Source: Minisyncoccota bacterium
Lineage (GTDB): Bacteria; Patescibacteriota; Minisyncoccia; UBA6257; 2-01-FULL-56-20
DNA length: 64,000 bases
Direction: 5' to 3'
Assembly (NCBI GenBank): GCA_035541435.1
Contig: DATKNL010000010.1
Span: 30,250 to 94,249 of the forward strand
The notes below the pieces were generated by a model. The model ran no database searches. It was not told where the DNA came from and saw only the letters and a program-made list of their open reading frames with translations. Below are positions 44,070 to 53,230 of the stretch, piece by piece. Each line of letters opens with the position of its first letter. Within the stretch, counting starts at the first letter, position 1. The position numbers and the translations under genes are program-made.

Positions 44070-45461
44070 TCAACTCTTGAATATCATATCCTTAATCATT
44101 AATATCTTCTGATTCAACCCTGGATTTCTATTGACCTCATGACTGATCTTTTCATAAGAATGGATCGCGGTGGTGTGATCCCTCCCCAATTTTTCACCAA
44201 TATACGGATAGGAAAGTTCCGAGATATCCCGAAGAAGATAGATGGCGATCTGCCGCGGCTCGACAATTTCTTTGCGCCGATTGTGACTCATAAGATCCTC
44301 GACGGAGATATTGAAGAATTCCGCGACCGTCTTGAGAATCTGTGCGTCGCTGACCCGCTTGGTGAGGTTTTGAGTCGATTTTTCAATGATTTCCGCGGCA
44401 ATATCCTCGGTGATCTCAGTCTGCTTCCGCTCTTCGTAGAATAGGATTTTTTTAAGGATGCCCTCGAGTTCGCGGATGTTCTTGCGGAGCTTTTTAGCGA
44501 TGATATCGATGACGGGGTCGCTAAGCTGCCGGTTCGTTTCCTGAAGTTTTGCCTTGATGATGGCGACCCGCGTTTCAAATTCCGGATAGGCGATGTCGGC
44601 GATAAGGCCGCCCTCAAAACGGGAGCGAAGCCGCTCTTCGAGGGTTGGAATCGACTGTGGGGGCCGATCAGAGGATATGATGATCTGCTTGTTCCCCTCA
44701 TAAAGGGCGTTGAAGGTGTGGAAGAATTCCTCTTCGGTCTTGTCTTTGCCGCCGATGAACTGAATGTCGTCGATGATCAGCACGTCGACATCGCGGTATT
44801 TCTTCTTGATGCTCTCGATGCGGTCGTTTCTGATGCCCCAGACGATATCGCGGGTGTATTGCTCGGATGCGACATATTTCGGACGGACCCTTCGCTGGTG
44901 TTTGACGAGGATTTCGTTGCCGATCGCCTGAATCAGGTGCGTCTTACCAAGGCCAACCCCTCCATAAATGAAGAACGGGTTGTATTTTTTGCCGATATTC
45001 TCGACGATGGCGCTTGCGGCTGCGAACGCGAGCTCGTTCGATGGGCCGACCACGAACGAAGCGAGGGTATATTTCGGGTTAAGGTTCGTTTCAGGGTCCG
45101 TTTTGAAGTCGAGGTCCATGACCTCGGCCTTTGCGAGCGTCGCGGTCGTGTTTTGAGGGACTGCGCGGGCTACGGCGGCCGCCTTGGCTCCGACGACGAA
45201 CTCGATCTTCTTCACCGAACTGTCCAGATTCCGCAGGATGCCGAGAAGATTCTTCTGGTATTTGTTCTCAACCCACTCTTTTGCGAAATTATTCGGCAGG
45301 GCGACATAGAGCGTGCCCTCCTTCTTGTCGATAAGCCTGCTGTTCTTCACCCAGGCAACGAAATGCGCTTTCGAAAGTTGGACTTCCATCTCACCAAGTG
45401 TCGATTGCCACATTTGATCAAGGTCCATGGTGAAATGATTCTTGTTTGGTTCATTATTCAT
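44070..45461 (-). CDS. dnaA: Chromosomal replication initiator DnaA
   Basis: Start at ATG 45461 ([10 protein letters not shown]). [23 protein letters not shown] Walker [15 protein letters not shown]-terminal DNA-binding domain ...[19 protein letters not shown]. Confidence 0.9.
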   Translation of the reverse strand: MNNEPNKNHFTMDLDQMWQSTLGEMEVQLSKAHFVAWVKNSRLIDKKEGTLYVALPNNFAKEWVENKYQKNLLGILRNLDSSVKKIEFVVGAKAAAVARAVPQNTTATLAKAEVMDLDFKTDPETNLNPKYTLASFVVGPSNELAFAAASAIVENIGKKYNPFFIYGGVGLGKTHLIQAIGNEILVKHQRRVRPKYVASEQYTRDIVWGIRNDRIESIKKKYRDVDVLIIDDIQFIGGKDKTEEEFFHTFNALYEGNKQIIISSDRPPQSIPTLEERLRSRFEGGLIADIAYPEFETRVAIIKAKLQETNRQLSDPVIDIIAKKLRKNIRELEGILKKILFYEERKQTEITEDIAAEIIEKSTQNLTKRVSDAQILKTVAEFFNISVEDLMSHNRRKEIVEPRQIAIYLLRDISELSYPYIGEKLGRDHTTAIHSYEKISHEVNRNPGLNQKILMIKDMIFKS

Positions 45462-45593
45462 CGAAACACTTGTTCTTGTCAAAGCGACGACGGAAATCGT
45501 TTTGTGGATTATGTGTGCATAAGCCGTTTTGACCGTCGCGGAGCGATCCGGTCGGGGGTTGCTTTTCTTTCCGAACCTGGTACCATCATAGGC

Positions 45594-45728
45594 ATGTCGC
45601 TTACGTATAACCCCAAAAAGAAAAAGCGCCGCCGAACGCACGGTTTTTTAAATCGACAACGGACGGCAACGGGGCGAAAAGTCCTTTCGCGTCGCCGCGC
45701 GAAGGGCCGAAAGAAGCTGACGGTCTAG
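45594..45728 (+). CDS. rpmH: 50S ribosomal protein L34
   Basis: [44 protein letters not shown] matches the bL34 consensus. Lies within the longer track ORF 44718..45728. Confidence 0.85.
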   Translation: MSLTYNPKKKKRRRTHGFLNRQRTATGRKVLSRRRAKGRKKLTV

Positions 45729-45739
45729 GGGTGATCATC

Positions 45740-46033
45740 ATGACGCGCTTGCCGCGTACGGAATTCAGGGCGCGGGGGTATCAATCGCTTCATACCAGCT
45801 ATTTCTCGCTGAAAAAGAAGCAAAACGGAAGGAGCGATGTGCGGATCGGCGTCGTTGTTCCGAAAGGCGTGCATAAGACGGCTGTTCGAAGGAATTTCTG
45901 GAAGCGCCAGGCGCGGACGGCGGTTCCCCAGCGGATCTGGCGGGGGTATGACCTCATCATCGCGCTGCGTCCCGCGGTGAACGACCTTACGAGACGGCAG
46001 TTCAGGGACATGATTGCGAAAATAACTCCATGA
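45740..46033 (+). CDS. rnpA: RNase P protein component
   Basis: Basic ~98-aa protein (VVPKGVHKTAVRRNFWKRQAR) immediately after rpmH. ATGA overlap with yidC. The track starts at GTG 45731. Confidence 0.75.
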   Translation: MTRLPRTEFRARGYQSLHTSYFSLKKKQNGRSDVRIGVVVPKGVHKTAVRRNFWKRQARTAVPQRIWRGYDLIIALRPAVNDLTRRQFRDMIAKITP

Positions 46034-46737
46034 ATTGGTACCAAGTCATTTTTTATCAGCCGGTTCTCAATCTGCTGATCTATGTTTATGACACGATTGC
46101 GCTCCACAGCCTCGGATTCGCCATCATTCTCGTCACCATCCTCATCAGGGTGGTTCTTTTTCCCTTCTTTCACCGCGGTGCGAAGCAGCAGATGCTTATG
46201 CAGCGCATCCAGCCGCACGTGAAGAAGATTCAAGAGACGCACAAGGACGACATTCAGAAGCAGTCCGCGGCGCTCATGGCGCTTTACAAGGAGCACGGCA
46301 TCAATCCGTTCTCGAGCTTTCTGCTGCTCATCATCCAGATTCCCATCATGATCGCCCTGTATTGGGCCGTGCGCTCGGGGCTTGGCACGGGACACATCAC
46401 GGGCCTTTATTCGTTCGTGCCGGTTCCAAGCGGCATCAACACGGTCTTTCTCGGCATCGTCAACCTGGCGAATCCCAGCCTGATCCTGCTGCTCGTCGCC
46501 GCAGCCGCCCAATACGCCCAGGCGCGGCTTGCCATCTATAAGCCGCCGCAAGGCCACGTCCTTTCGCCCGCCGAGCGGATGGCCCGGCAGATGTCCTTCA
46601 TCGGCCCCCTGATCACCCTCGTCATCTTCTATAGCCTTCCCGCCGCCGTGGCGCTCTATTGGATAACCACCTCGGTCTTCGCAAGCATCCAGCAGGTGTT
46701 CGTCAACCGCACGCTTCGGGAGAAATACGGATCGTAG
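46030..46737 (+). CDS. yidC: Membrane protein insertase YidC/Oxa1 (short form)
   Basis: 235 aa. ILIRVVLFPFFHRGAKQQMLMQRIQPHVKKIQETHKDD...LYKEHGINPFSSFLLLIIQIPIMIALYWAV is the conserved YidC core. Confidence 0.85.
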   Translation: MNWYQVIFYQPVLNLLIYVYDTIALHSLGFAIILVTILIRVVLFPFFHRGAKQQMLMQRIQPHVKKIQETHKDDIQKQSAALMALYKEHGINPFSSFLLLIIQIPIMIALYWAVRSGLGTGHITGLYSFVPVPSGINTVFLGIVNLANPSLILLLVAAAAQYAQARLAIYKPPQGHVLSPAERMARQMSFIGPLITLVIFYSLPAAVALYWITTSVFASIQQVFVNRTLREKYGS

Positions 46738-46813
46738 CGCGGGCGAAAAGGCGCCTTATGCGGCTGCGGGCGCTTGATTTTGTGTGGAAAATATGGAATA
46801 GTAACCAGCATAT

Positions 46814-47317
46814 ATGGATTGGGAGACCTTCATCAAAACCACGTTCGACCTCATCGGGTTCAAGGATTACCGTCTGGAAGTGAAGCCGCAGGAAAAGCAC
46901 GCGTCGCTTTTCATCTATGAGGACCAGAACCTCATGCGCGAAAGCCTGCCCTCGATCGTCGAAAGCATCAACCACCTGATTCAGATGGTTGCCAAGAAGC
47001 ACGCGACCGAGACGATCTTTCTCGACGTGAACAACTATCGGCAGGAGCGCGAGAACCTTATCGCGGAACTCGCACGCGCGGCCGCCAAAAAGGCGCTTGC
47101 GACAAAAGAAGAGGTGTCGCTTCCCGCAATGAACTCCTACGAACGCCGCCTGGTGCACGTCGAGCTCGCCATCCATCCCGAAGTGCGAACCGAAAGCATG
47201 GGGATGGGCAAGGAGCGCTACGTTGTCATCAAGCCGATTACGGACGGATCAGAAAAAGGAAGCCCGGCCGTTCCCGCATCCGAGACCGACACCGAAGCCG
47301 AACCGGGAACGGAATAG
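46814..47317 (+). CDS. jag: Jag/KhpB RNA-binding protein (KH plus R3H)
   Basis: R3H motif NSYERRLVHVELA. Canonical position after yidC. Confidence 0.8.
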   Translation: MDWETFIKTTFDLIGFKDYRLEVKPQEKHASLFIYEDQNLMRESLPSIVESINHLIQMVAKKHATETIFLDVNNYRQERENLIAELARAAAKKALATKEEVSLPAMNSYERRLVHVELAIHPEVRTESMGMGKERYVVIKPITDGSEKGSPAVPASETDTEAEPGTE

Positions 47318-47335
47318 GCAGCGAATTTTTTGGAG

Positions 47336-48565
47336 CTATGGCTGTACGGCGAACCCGTACAGCTTTTTTGTATACCGATCGATGAAATAGATCTCGGTCC
47401 CGGCAACTTTCATGTCGGAAACGTCGACATGCTGGCTGGGATCGCTCCAAAGCACGTCGATGGCCCCGGTTGCCGTGTTGATGCGATAGATGTCGTCCGA
47501 GGTGAACAGCGCCCGCTCGTTATAGTCGTCGGGAAGGCTCGCGGAATTCCATGCGGCCGCATCCCGAGGAATGCCGCAATACAGGGCAAGGTAGGAAACG
47601 GTCGACGTTCCCGATGCCGTGTTCGCCTGGGCGAAGGCGCATTTCGAGGGCAGGGTCGCAAGGTTCAGGGCTTCAAGCGTCGAACCCGAAGCGTTGACGA
47701 GCCGGAGCGATCCGCCTTGGCCGGACTGCGTCGCGGCAAAAAGAAGGCCCGTGGCGCCGCTCCAAAGCGCTTCAGCCCCCGGCGTTTCGGTGACTACCGG
47801 GGACAGGGTCCCCTGCGCATTGTCGAACATGGTGATGGATCCGGCATCGAGGAAGCTTGGCCGGTCAGCAAGGGCGAACTTTCCCGAGGACACCCACTGA
47901 AGCGCGAGGTCGTTCGCATGCAGCGCAAGAAGCTGCGAGGTCTTACCCGTCGACGCATCCATGATCGAAAGCTGCTCGGTGCCGGTCGATGCCGCCGTGA
48001 GGTATGCGACGCGGTTGTCGGTCGGCGACCACGAGGGCGAGAGCATCTTCTGCGTAAGCGGGGTCCATTTCGCCGTCGCGACATCAAAGAGGTCGGTCTG
48101 AGGCGCCGACGGGTTGCCGAAGGCGATGAGCGCCTTCTTGCCGGTCGCAGAAAACGATCCGCCAACGACGTCGCTTGCCGTCGAAGAGCTGATCACCGAG
48201 ACCTTGCCGCCTGAAACCTGGCCGATGATGCCGTTCGTTTCGATCACGAGCGCCGAACCGCTTGCCGTGGGAAGATATTCGAGGATGGGATCGTTCGCCA
48301 ACGGTCCGAAACTGCCCGCCACGGCACCGGTTGCGGGAGTCCCGGCGTTGCCGGTCGTTCCCGTCGCGGTGCCGCCGGCCTGACCATTGCCGGTCGATGC
48401 CCCCTGTGATCCTCCGCCGGTGGCGGCCGGCAGCGATCCCGTCTGCCCTCCTGACGGTTTGGGCGCGATGTTCTGCAGTGAGAAGCTCTTCCAGAAATAA
48501 AGGATGAGCACGGCGAGGATGGCGACGGCGACAACGGCGATGACGATTGAAAGATAGCGTTTCAT
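47336..48565 (-). CDS. Membrane-anchored TolB/PD40-like beta-propeller protein (last gene of the T4SS-like operon)
   Basis: N-terminal TM IVIAVVAVAILAVLILYFW, Gly/Thr linker, PD40-like repeat SPSWSPTDNRVAYL. 1-bp gap to the upstream pilin-like gene. Confidence 0.55.
   Translation of the reverse strand: MKRYLSIVIAVVAVAILAVLILYFWKSFSLQNIAPKPSGGQTGSLPAATGGGSQGASTGNGQAGGTATGTTGNAGTPATGAVAGSFGPLANDPILEYLPTASGSALVIETNGIIGQVSGGKVSVISSSTASDVVGGSFSATGKKALIAFGNPSAPQTDLFDVATAKWTPLTQKMLSPSWSPTDNRVAYLTAASTGTEQLSIMDASTGKTSQLLALHANDLALQWVSSGKFALADRPSFLDAGSITMFDNAQGTLSPVVTETPGAEALWSGATGLLFAATQSGQGGSLRLVNASGSTLEALNLATLPSKCAFAQANTASGTSTVSYLALYCGIPRDAAAWNSASLPDDYNERALFTSDDIYRINTATGAIDVLWSDPSQHVDVSDMKVAGTEIYFIDRYTKKLYGFAVQP
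47341..47370 (+). terminator. Rho-independent terminator for jag, lying inside the 3' end of the convergent PD40 gene
   Basis: GCTGTACGG-cgaac-CCGTACAGC followed by TTTTTTG. On the minus strand the same bases encode ...KKLYGFAVQP. Confidence 0.6.
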
Positions 48566-48566
48566 A

Positions 48567-49295
48567 TTATTGGCAGAGATAGTGCACGGTTTGGGGTGTC
48601 GTTCCCTGGGTGGCGACGTTCACGCAATGCAGGTTGGGCGCACAGGTTCCATAATGGCTGTTCGGCGGATCGCCGCCGCAGGTGTAGTCGGCCGGATTGG
48701 TCGAATGGCAGGCATAGCTCGGATGGGCGTAGTCGCCGTCGTTCGCGCAGATCTGGCCCTGGGGGCATTGTCCCGTCGAGCGCCCGCCGCAAAATACGGC
48801 GCCTGCCGCGTTTTCGCAGCTTCCATTCGTGCAGACGGTTCCCTGGGGGCAGGCCGCCGAGCATCCGCCGCCTTGCTGGTTTCCGCTTGTTGAAATTCCC
48901 TGGAGCGAGGGGAGGTTGAGCGTGGTGAGCGCCGGATCGATCGTGCTTAGGATGAGATAGGCTCCCGCGAGCAGCGCGACGCCGAGGATGGCGCCCCAAA
49001 GCCATTCCTTCGCCTCGCTCTGCATCGACGGATTGCCGCCGGAAGACATATACTTGATGCCGCCGAAGACCATGGCGCCGAACGCGGCAAGGCCGCCGAT
49101 CGCGAGGGCAAACTGATAGAAACTTTTAATGAAGCTTCCGGGATTGCAGTCCGAAGAGTTGGGGTTGGCGCACGAATCCGTTGCGCCGTTGATGGAGGGG
49201 AGGGAAACCGAGATGGCCGCGGCGCGCACCGATCCGGGAACGGTGACCGCCGCCATCAGGGCGGCGACCGAAAAGATGATGGATAGCGCCTTCAT
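48567..49295 (-). CDS. VirB2/TrbC-like pilin candidate with Cys-rich C-terminal extension
   Basis: Signal MKALSIIFSVAALMAAVTVPGSVRA. Two hydrophobic helices separated by a short polar loop (FIKSFYQFALAIGGLAAFGAMVFGG-IKYMSSGGNPSMQSEAKE-WLWGAILGVALLAGAYLILSTI), as in T4SS pilins. A ~110-aa C-terminal domain with 12 Cys follows (CPQGTVCTNGSCENAAGAVFCGG...). Confidence 0.5.
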   Translation of the reverse strand: MKALSIIFSVAALMAAVTVPGSVRAAAISVSLPSINGATDSCANPNSSDCNPGSFIKSFYQFALAIGGLAAFGAMVFGGIKYMSSGGNPSMQSEAKEWLWGAILGVALLAGAYLILSTIDPALTTLNLPSLQGISTSGNQQGGGCSAACPQGTVCTNGSCENAAGAVFCGGRSTGQCPQGQICANDGDYAHPSYACHSTNPADYTCGGDPPNSHYGTCAPNLHCVNVATQGTTPQTVHYLCQ

Positions 49296-49299
49296 CGGA

Positions 49300-50013
49300 T
49301 TATAAGGAGGGCTGATAAGTCAGATTTTCCGAAGCCGATGCCTGGGTCGAATCGCCGCCATTCGAAACCTGGACCGACGCGCTGATGGCGGTTCCTGCCG
49401 CGGTGCCTTTCGGCAGGGTGACCTGCGCCGTCATCGGATTCTCGGCGTTGCCACCGGTCTGGCCGTTGATGTTCCAGAAATAGCTAAGATTGTCCGATGA
49501 CGAGGTGTTGAAGAAATAGGGAATGGCGGCAAGCACGAAGGGATTCGCTGAAAATTGTCCGTTCGGATAGGGCGCCTCGATCACGGCCTTCGGACCCGCC
49601 ATGGGGATCGTGATCGAATGGATGAGGAACGAGCCGTTGTAGTTCGGAAGGTCGACTTCGAGCGTCATCGAGCCCGGAGCCTGGCCGAACGGCGGGAACG
49701 AGATGGTTTGCGCGCCGACGCCGCCGCCCAGCAGCGTGCCATTCAGATACCAATAGATCGTCTGACCCGAAAGGTTTGCAAGCGTCCCGTTGGCCCTGAG
49801 AAGCTCGATCGACGCCGTGATGCGGGATCCATAGGTCGGCAGCGCCTTGCCCGGATAGTTGGGCGGAACATAGCTGCCATTCGCCTTCCAGGTGATGAGG
49901 AACTGCGGCCCGGTTGCCGCATCGGCGCGCGATGCCGAAACGAAGAAGCCGCAGGCCGCGGCAATAAGAAGAGCGGCGACGCCAAACATGAACGCTAAAG
50001 TGCGGTTCGCCAT
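49300..50013 (-). CDS. Secreted hypothetical protein (T4SS-like operon)
   Basis: Start at ATG 50013 (MANRTLAFMFGVAALLIAAACGFFVSASRADA signal). The track's upstream extension is Arg-rich shadow. Several NGS/NGT sequons. Confidence 0.45.
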   Translation of the reverse strand: MANRTLAFMFGVAALLIAAACGFFVSASRADAATGPQFLITWKANGSYVPPNYPGKALPTYGSRITASIELLRANGTLANLSGQTIYWYLNGTLLGGGVGAQTISFPPFGQAPGSMTLEVDLPNYNGSFLIHSITIPMAGPKAVIEAPYPNGQFSANPFVLAAIPYFFNTSSSDNLSYFWNINGQTGGNAENPMTAQVTLPKGTAAGTAISASVQVSNGGDSTQASASENLTYQPSL

Positions 50014-50047
50014 ATCCGTACCTTTATTGTACCAAATGAAATCGCGA

Positions 50048-50713
50048 TCAGGGTGCGGGACGATTCTCGTTCCCGGGCTTTTCGGGTTCCGGCATCTGCT
50101 CGAACTCCTCTTCCTGCGCGACCTCGACCGGATTCCGCTCCTCGGGAGGCGTGAGCGCCTCTTCGGCGGCGCGTTCCCGCTCGTCCGATTCGTTTTCCTG
50201 GTCGTCCCCCTGTTCGTCTTGCTGTGCGACGCCCCGTTGTCCGCGCCTCGCTCCGGCCGGCCGCGCGCCTTCGGCGGCCTGGACGGTCTGCTGCTCGGCC
50301 GTTTCGGCGAGCTTTTCCGTGGCGGCATTCTCGGCGGCTCCTTCGGCGGCAGCCAATTCCCCGCCTCCTTCGAGCGCCGCTCCCTTTCTAATAATCTTAC
50401 TGGCTAAAGATTTCGGATTATTGGCGGCACGAATTCCGATGAGGACGGCAGCCGTGCGGCCGGGGATGAAGAACAGCTGGAGGACATCGTCGATGAATTG
50501 CAGGATCGCCGGCCAGCCGAATCCGACTTTGATGACGAAGACGCTGGTGAAAAATCCGTCGAACAGCAAGTTGATCGGCTCCATGATGGCTTCGCCGGGC
50601 AGGCCGACGACGCTTGCGGCGAACAGGTCGAATACGACCTCGAGCGCGTCGTTTGCAACCGCGAGCAGGATCAGGGCGACGATCCAGAGGGTGTCGAAGG
50701 GTTTTTCTTCCAT
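50048..50713 (-). CDS. Membrane protein with acidic C-terminal tail (T4SS-like operon)
   Basis: 221 aa. TMs LWIVALILLAVA and FFTSVFVIKVGFGWPAIL. Glu-rich C-terminal tail. Confidence 0.45.
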   Translation of the reverse strand: MEEKPFDTLWIVALILLAVANDALEVVFDLFAASVVGLPGEAIMEPINLLFDGFFTSVFVIKVGFGWPAILQFIDDVLQLFFIPGRTAAVLIGIRAANNPKSLASKIIRKGAALEGGGELAAAEGAAENAATEKLAETAEQQTVQAAEGARPAGARRGQRGVAQQDEQGDDQENESDERERAAEEALTPPEERNPVEVAQEEEFEQMPEPEKPGNENRPAP

Positions 50714-50729
50714 AGCTCGCAGCCGTTAA

Positions 50730-52463
50730 CTAGAGTCCCTGCGCCTTTTCCTCGAGCAGCTGTTCGGGATTCGTCGTGATGATCTGGTCCTCGAAATAGG
50801 AGGGGACGATCTGGATCGCGACGTGCCGCTTGCCGGCGAAGAAGATGCCGGTGCCCACTTCGGCCCCGAGCAGGAAGTTCTTTTCGGCCTCGGTGAGGTC
50901 GAACGCCTTTGCGACGATGTCGATCGTCGCCGGCGCCTGCTTGAGGAGCAGCTGGATCGACGAGTTCGTGATGATCGGCCGGCCGAGGGGCGCGCGCAGG
51001 AAGTCCTCGACGTCCTGCGTGATGGTCGAGATGCCGAGATAATATTTGCGGGCGCGCTTCACGAGGTCGTGCAGGAATTTGGCGCTGTCGTCGTTCTTCA
51101 TCATGATCCATGCCTCGTCGATGAAGAGCAGGCGCTTGGCAAGCTTCGCGCGGATCAGGCTCCAGATGAAGTTCAGCACGAGGAACATGCCGATCGGGCG
51201 CAGCTCCTCTTCGAGGTCGCGGATCGAGAAGACGATGAGGCGGTTCGTGACGTCGATGTTCGTCGGCTGGTTGAGGAATCCTGCAAAGCTCCCCTTGGTG
51301 TATTTATAGAGCTTCTCGGCGAGGTCCTTGCCGCCTTCCATGCCGCGGAGGACGGTCTCGAGGTCGCCCAAGAGCGGCGGTTCCTTGCCGGCGAAGTCCC
51401 CGTCGGCCACGATGTCGCGCGACGCATAGGTCTCGGTGATCGCCCGGTCAAGGAGCGCGTCCTCTTCGGGGGTGAGCGCGCCGAGCATCAGCTTGAGGAG
51501 GCTTGCGAGCGTCACGACATGCGACCGCAGCACGTCCGACGGCGATTCGTTCTCGGGGATCAGCGGTACGTCGAACGGGTTGATGTGCTCGTGGGACGAG
51601 AGCGAGATGTTGAACATGCTGCCGCCGAACGTCTTCGCCAGGCGCTCGTATTCGTTTTCCGGATCGATCACGAGCACCATGTCGACGCCCGCCATGAGCG
51701 AGCGGATGATCTCGAGCTTCGTCGTGTACGATTTTCCGGCGCCCGATTTCGCGAAGACCACCTGGTTCGCGTTCTCGAGCGAGAAGCGGTCGAAGATGAC
51801 GAGGTTGTTGTTGTGCAGGTTGATGCCGTACATGATCCCTTCGTTCGACGAGAGGTCCTCCGAGACGAACGGGAAGAACGACGAGATCGGCCCCGTGTTC
51901 ATCGGCGTGTAGATCTGCAGCTTGTCGGCGTCGAGCGGCAGGACCGAGAACAGCCCTTCGAGCTGGCTGAAGAGCGCCGGCTTCAGATAGATGAGCTTCG
52001 CCTCCATCATGCTCGTGAGCTTGCTTTCGAGCTTGACGAGCTCGTCCTCGTTGTCGGCATAGATCGTGATATAGACGCCCGTGTCGAAGAGCTTCTCTTC
52101 GGACTGCTGCAGCGAGTCGCGCAGGTTCTCGATGTCCTGGACGGCGGTCTCGAGCATCGGGTTCCTCACGAGCCCCTTCTCCTGCTCGTCGGCGATCTGC
52201 GATTCGAGTTGCCCGGCCTTCTTCCTCAGGTTTTTGAGCGCCACGCCGGTATCGATCGGATTCACATAGATCGAGACGTCGAACAGGTTCGGCAGGTTGA
52301 TGAGCGGCTCGAACCATCCGGTCGAAAGGTAGCGCGGATAGGACAGCACGAAGAACGTCTTCGCGAGCTTGTCGCCGATCTTCAGGTAGTTCGGAAAGAC
52401 CTGCGCGCCGGCGGGGGCGATGATCTTCTTGATATCCTTGAAATTGGCCGATTCTTCGGGCAT
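50730..52463 (-). CDS. VirB4/TraE/PrgJ-family T4SS ATPase, ATPase (C-terminal) portion
   Basis: Walker A FAKSGAGKSYTTK, Walker B LLFIDEAWIMM. Conserved VirB4 central region YPRYLSTGWFEPLINLPNLFDVSIY. Confidence 0.8.
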   Translation of the reverse strand: MPEESANFKDIKKIIAPAGAQVFPNYLKIGDKLAKTFFVLSYPRYLSTGWFEPLINLPNLFDVSIYVNPIDTGVALKNLRKKAGQLESQIADEQEKGLVRNPMLETAVQDIENLRDSLQQSEEKLFDTGVYITIYADNEDELVKLESKLTSMMEAKLIYLKPALFSQLEGLFSVLPLDADKLQIYTPMNTGPISSFFPFVSEDLSSNEGIMYGINLHNNNLVIFDRFSLENANQVVFAKSGAGKSYTTKLEIIRSLMAGVDMVLVIDPENEYERLAKTFGGSMFNISLSSHEHINPFDVPLIPENESPSDVLRSHVVTLASLLKLMLGALTPEEDALLDRAITETYASRDIVADGDFAGKEPPLLGDLETVLRGMEGGKDLAEKLYKYTKGSFAGFLNQPTNIDVTNRLIVFSIRDLEEELRPIGMFLVLNFIWSLIRAKLAKRLLFIDEAWIMMKNDDSAKFLHDLVKRARKYYLGISTITQDVEDFLRAPLGRPIITNSSIQLLLKQAPATIDIVAKAFDLTEAEKNFLLGAEVGTGIFFAGKRHVAIQIVPSYFEDQIITTNPEQLLEEKAQGL

Positions 52464-52475
52464 GGCTCCTCTATA

Positions 52476-53174
52476 TTATTGCTGATCGGCGCGGGCGGCC
52501 GCGGCTCCCGTTCCCCGTTCGACGGTCTGGGGATTATAGAAATTATAGAAAAGCTCGACGAGCTCCTGGTTGCCGAGCGCCGTCGCCTCAAGCCCGATGG
52601 CAAGGAGGCCGGTGACGGCCTGGTTGACCCGCTGGTTCAGTTGGCCGACGTTCTCTTTGAAGTCTTGCTCGGCCTGTTCTTCCGATCCCGCAGCAGCGGC
52701 GGGTCCGTTTTTTTTGCCGCCGCCGAAGAGCCCGCCCAGGATGCCCTGGCTTGCGCTCTTGATGACCGATCCCAGGGGATAGAACGGGACGACGACCAGG
52801 AACATCTTTTCCATGATCGCGTTCTTTGCGACGAATCCCTTGATGAACTCGGCGTATTCGTCGATCTGGCTCTGGAGGATCGGCGACGTCTCAACCTGCT
52901 TGCGGCGCATAAGGGTCTCGACGTACTTGTCGATGTTCACCTTGCGGGAATGGATCAGGACCTGCAACGGGAAGTCGATGGAGTTCAGAAAGGTCTGATA
53001 GGTCTGGGTGATGATCGTCTGTTCGGTTTCGGACTTCAGCGCGAAGTTCACTCCGCCAACCAGGATGATCTGGCGAAGGCTGCCGTCCTTAAGGACGACC
53101 ACGTCGTCGCGGATTTCCTTGATGTCGACGAGGTCGAGCGAGCTGCCGGTATCCTGCCGTGAAGGTGCCGCCAT
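52476..53174 (-). CDS. VirB4-family N-terminal domain encoded as a separate ORF
   Basis: LDLVDIKEIRDDVVVLKDGSLRQIILVGGVNFALKSETEQTIITQTYQTFLNSIDFPLQVLIHSRKVN matches the N-terminal region of Gram-positive VirB4 homologues. Ends at TAA 12 nt before the ATPase ORF, which is in a different frame. Confidence 0.55.
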   Translation of the reverse strand: MAAPSRQDTGSSLDLVDIKEIRDDVVVLKDGSLRQIILVGGVNFALKSETEQTIITQTYQTFLNSIDFPLQVLIHSRKVNIDKYVETLMRRKQVETSPILQSQIDEYAEFIKGFVAKNAIMEKMFLVVVPFYPLGSVIKSASQGILGGLFGGGKKNGPAAAAGSEEQAEQDFKENVGQLNQRVNQAVTGLLAIGLEATALGNQELVELFYNFYNPQTVERGTGAAAARADQQ

Positions 53175-53230
53175 GTCCTTATTTTACAATGGAATCGCGA
53201 ATCCGGCGAAGCGCCGGCCGGCCCTGGACC

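Noticed and set aside
50823-53162. 779-aa plus-strand ORF across the VirB4 region; likewise 60627-62768 across rsmA/pcrA and 23466-24851 across the permease
   Set aside because: Antisense to genes with strong Walker, SAM or helicase motifs. Low-complexity Arg/Glu/Asp composition.
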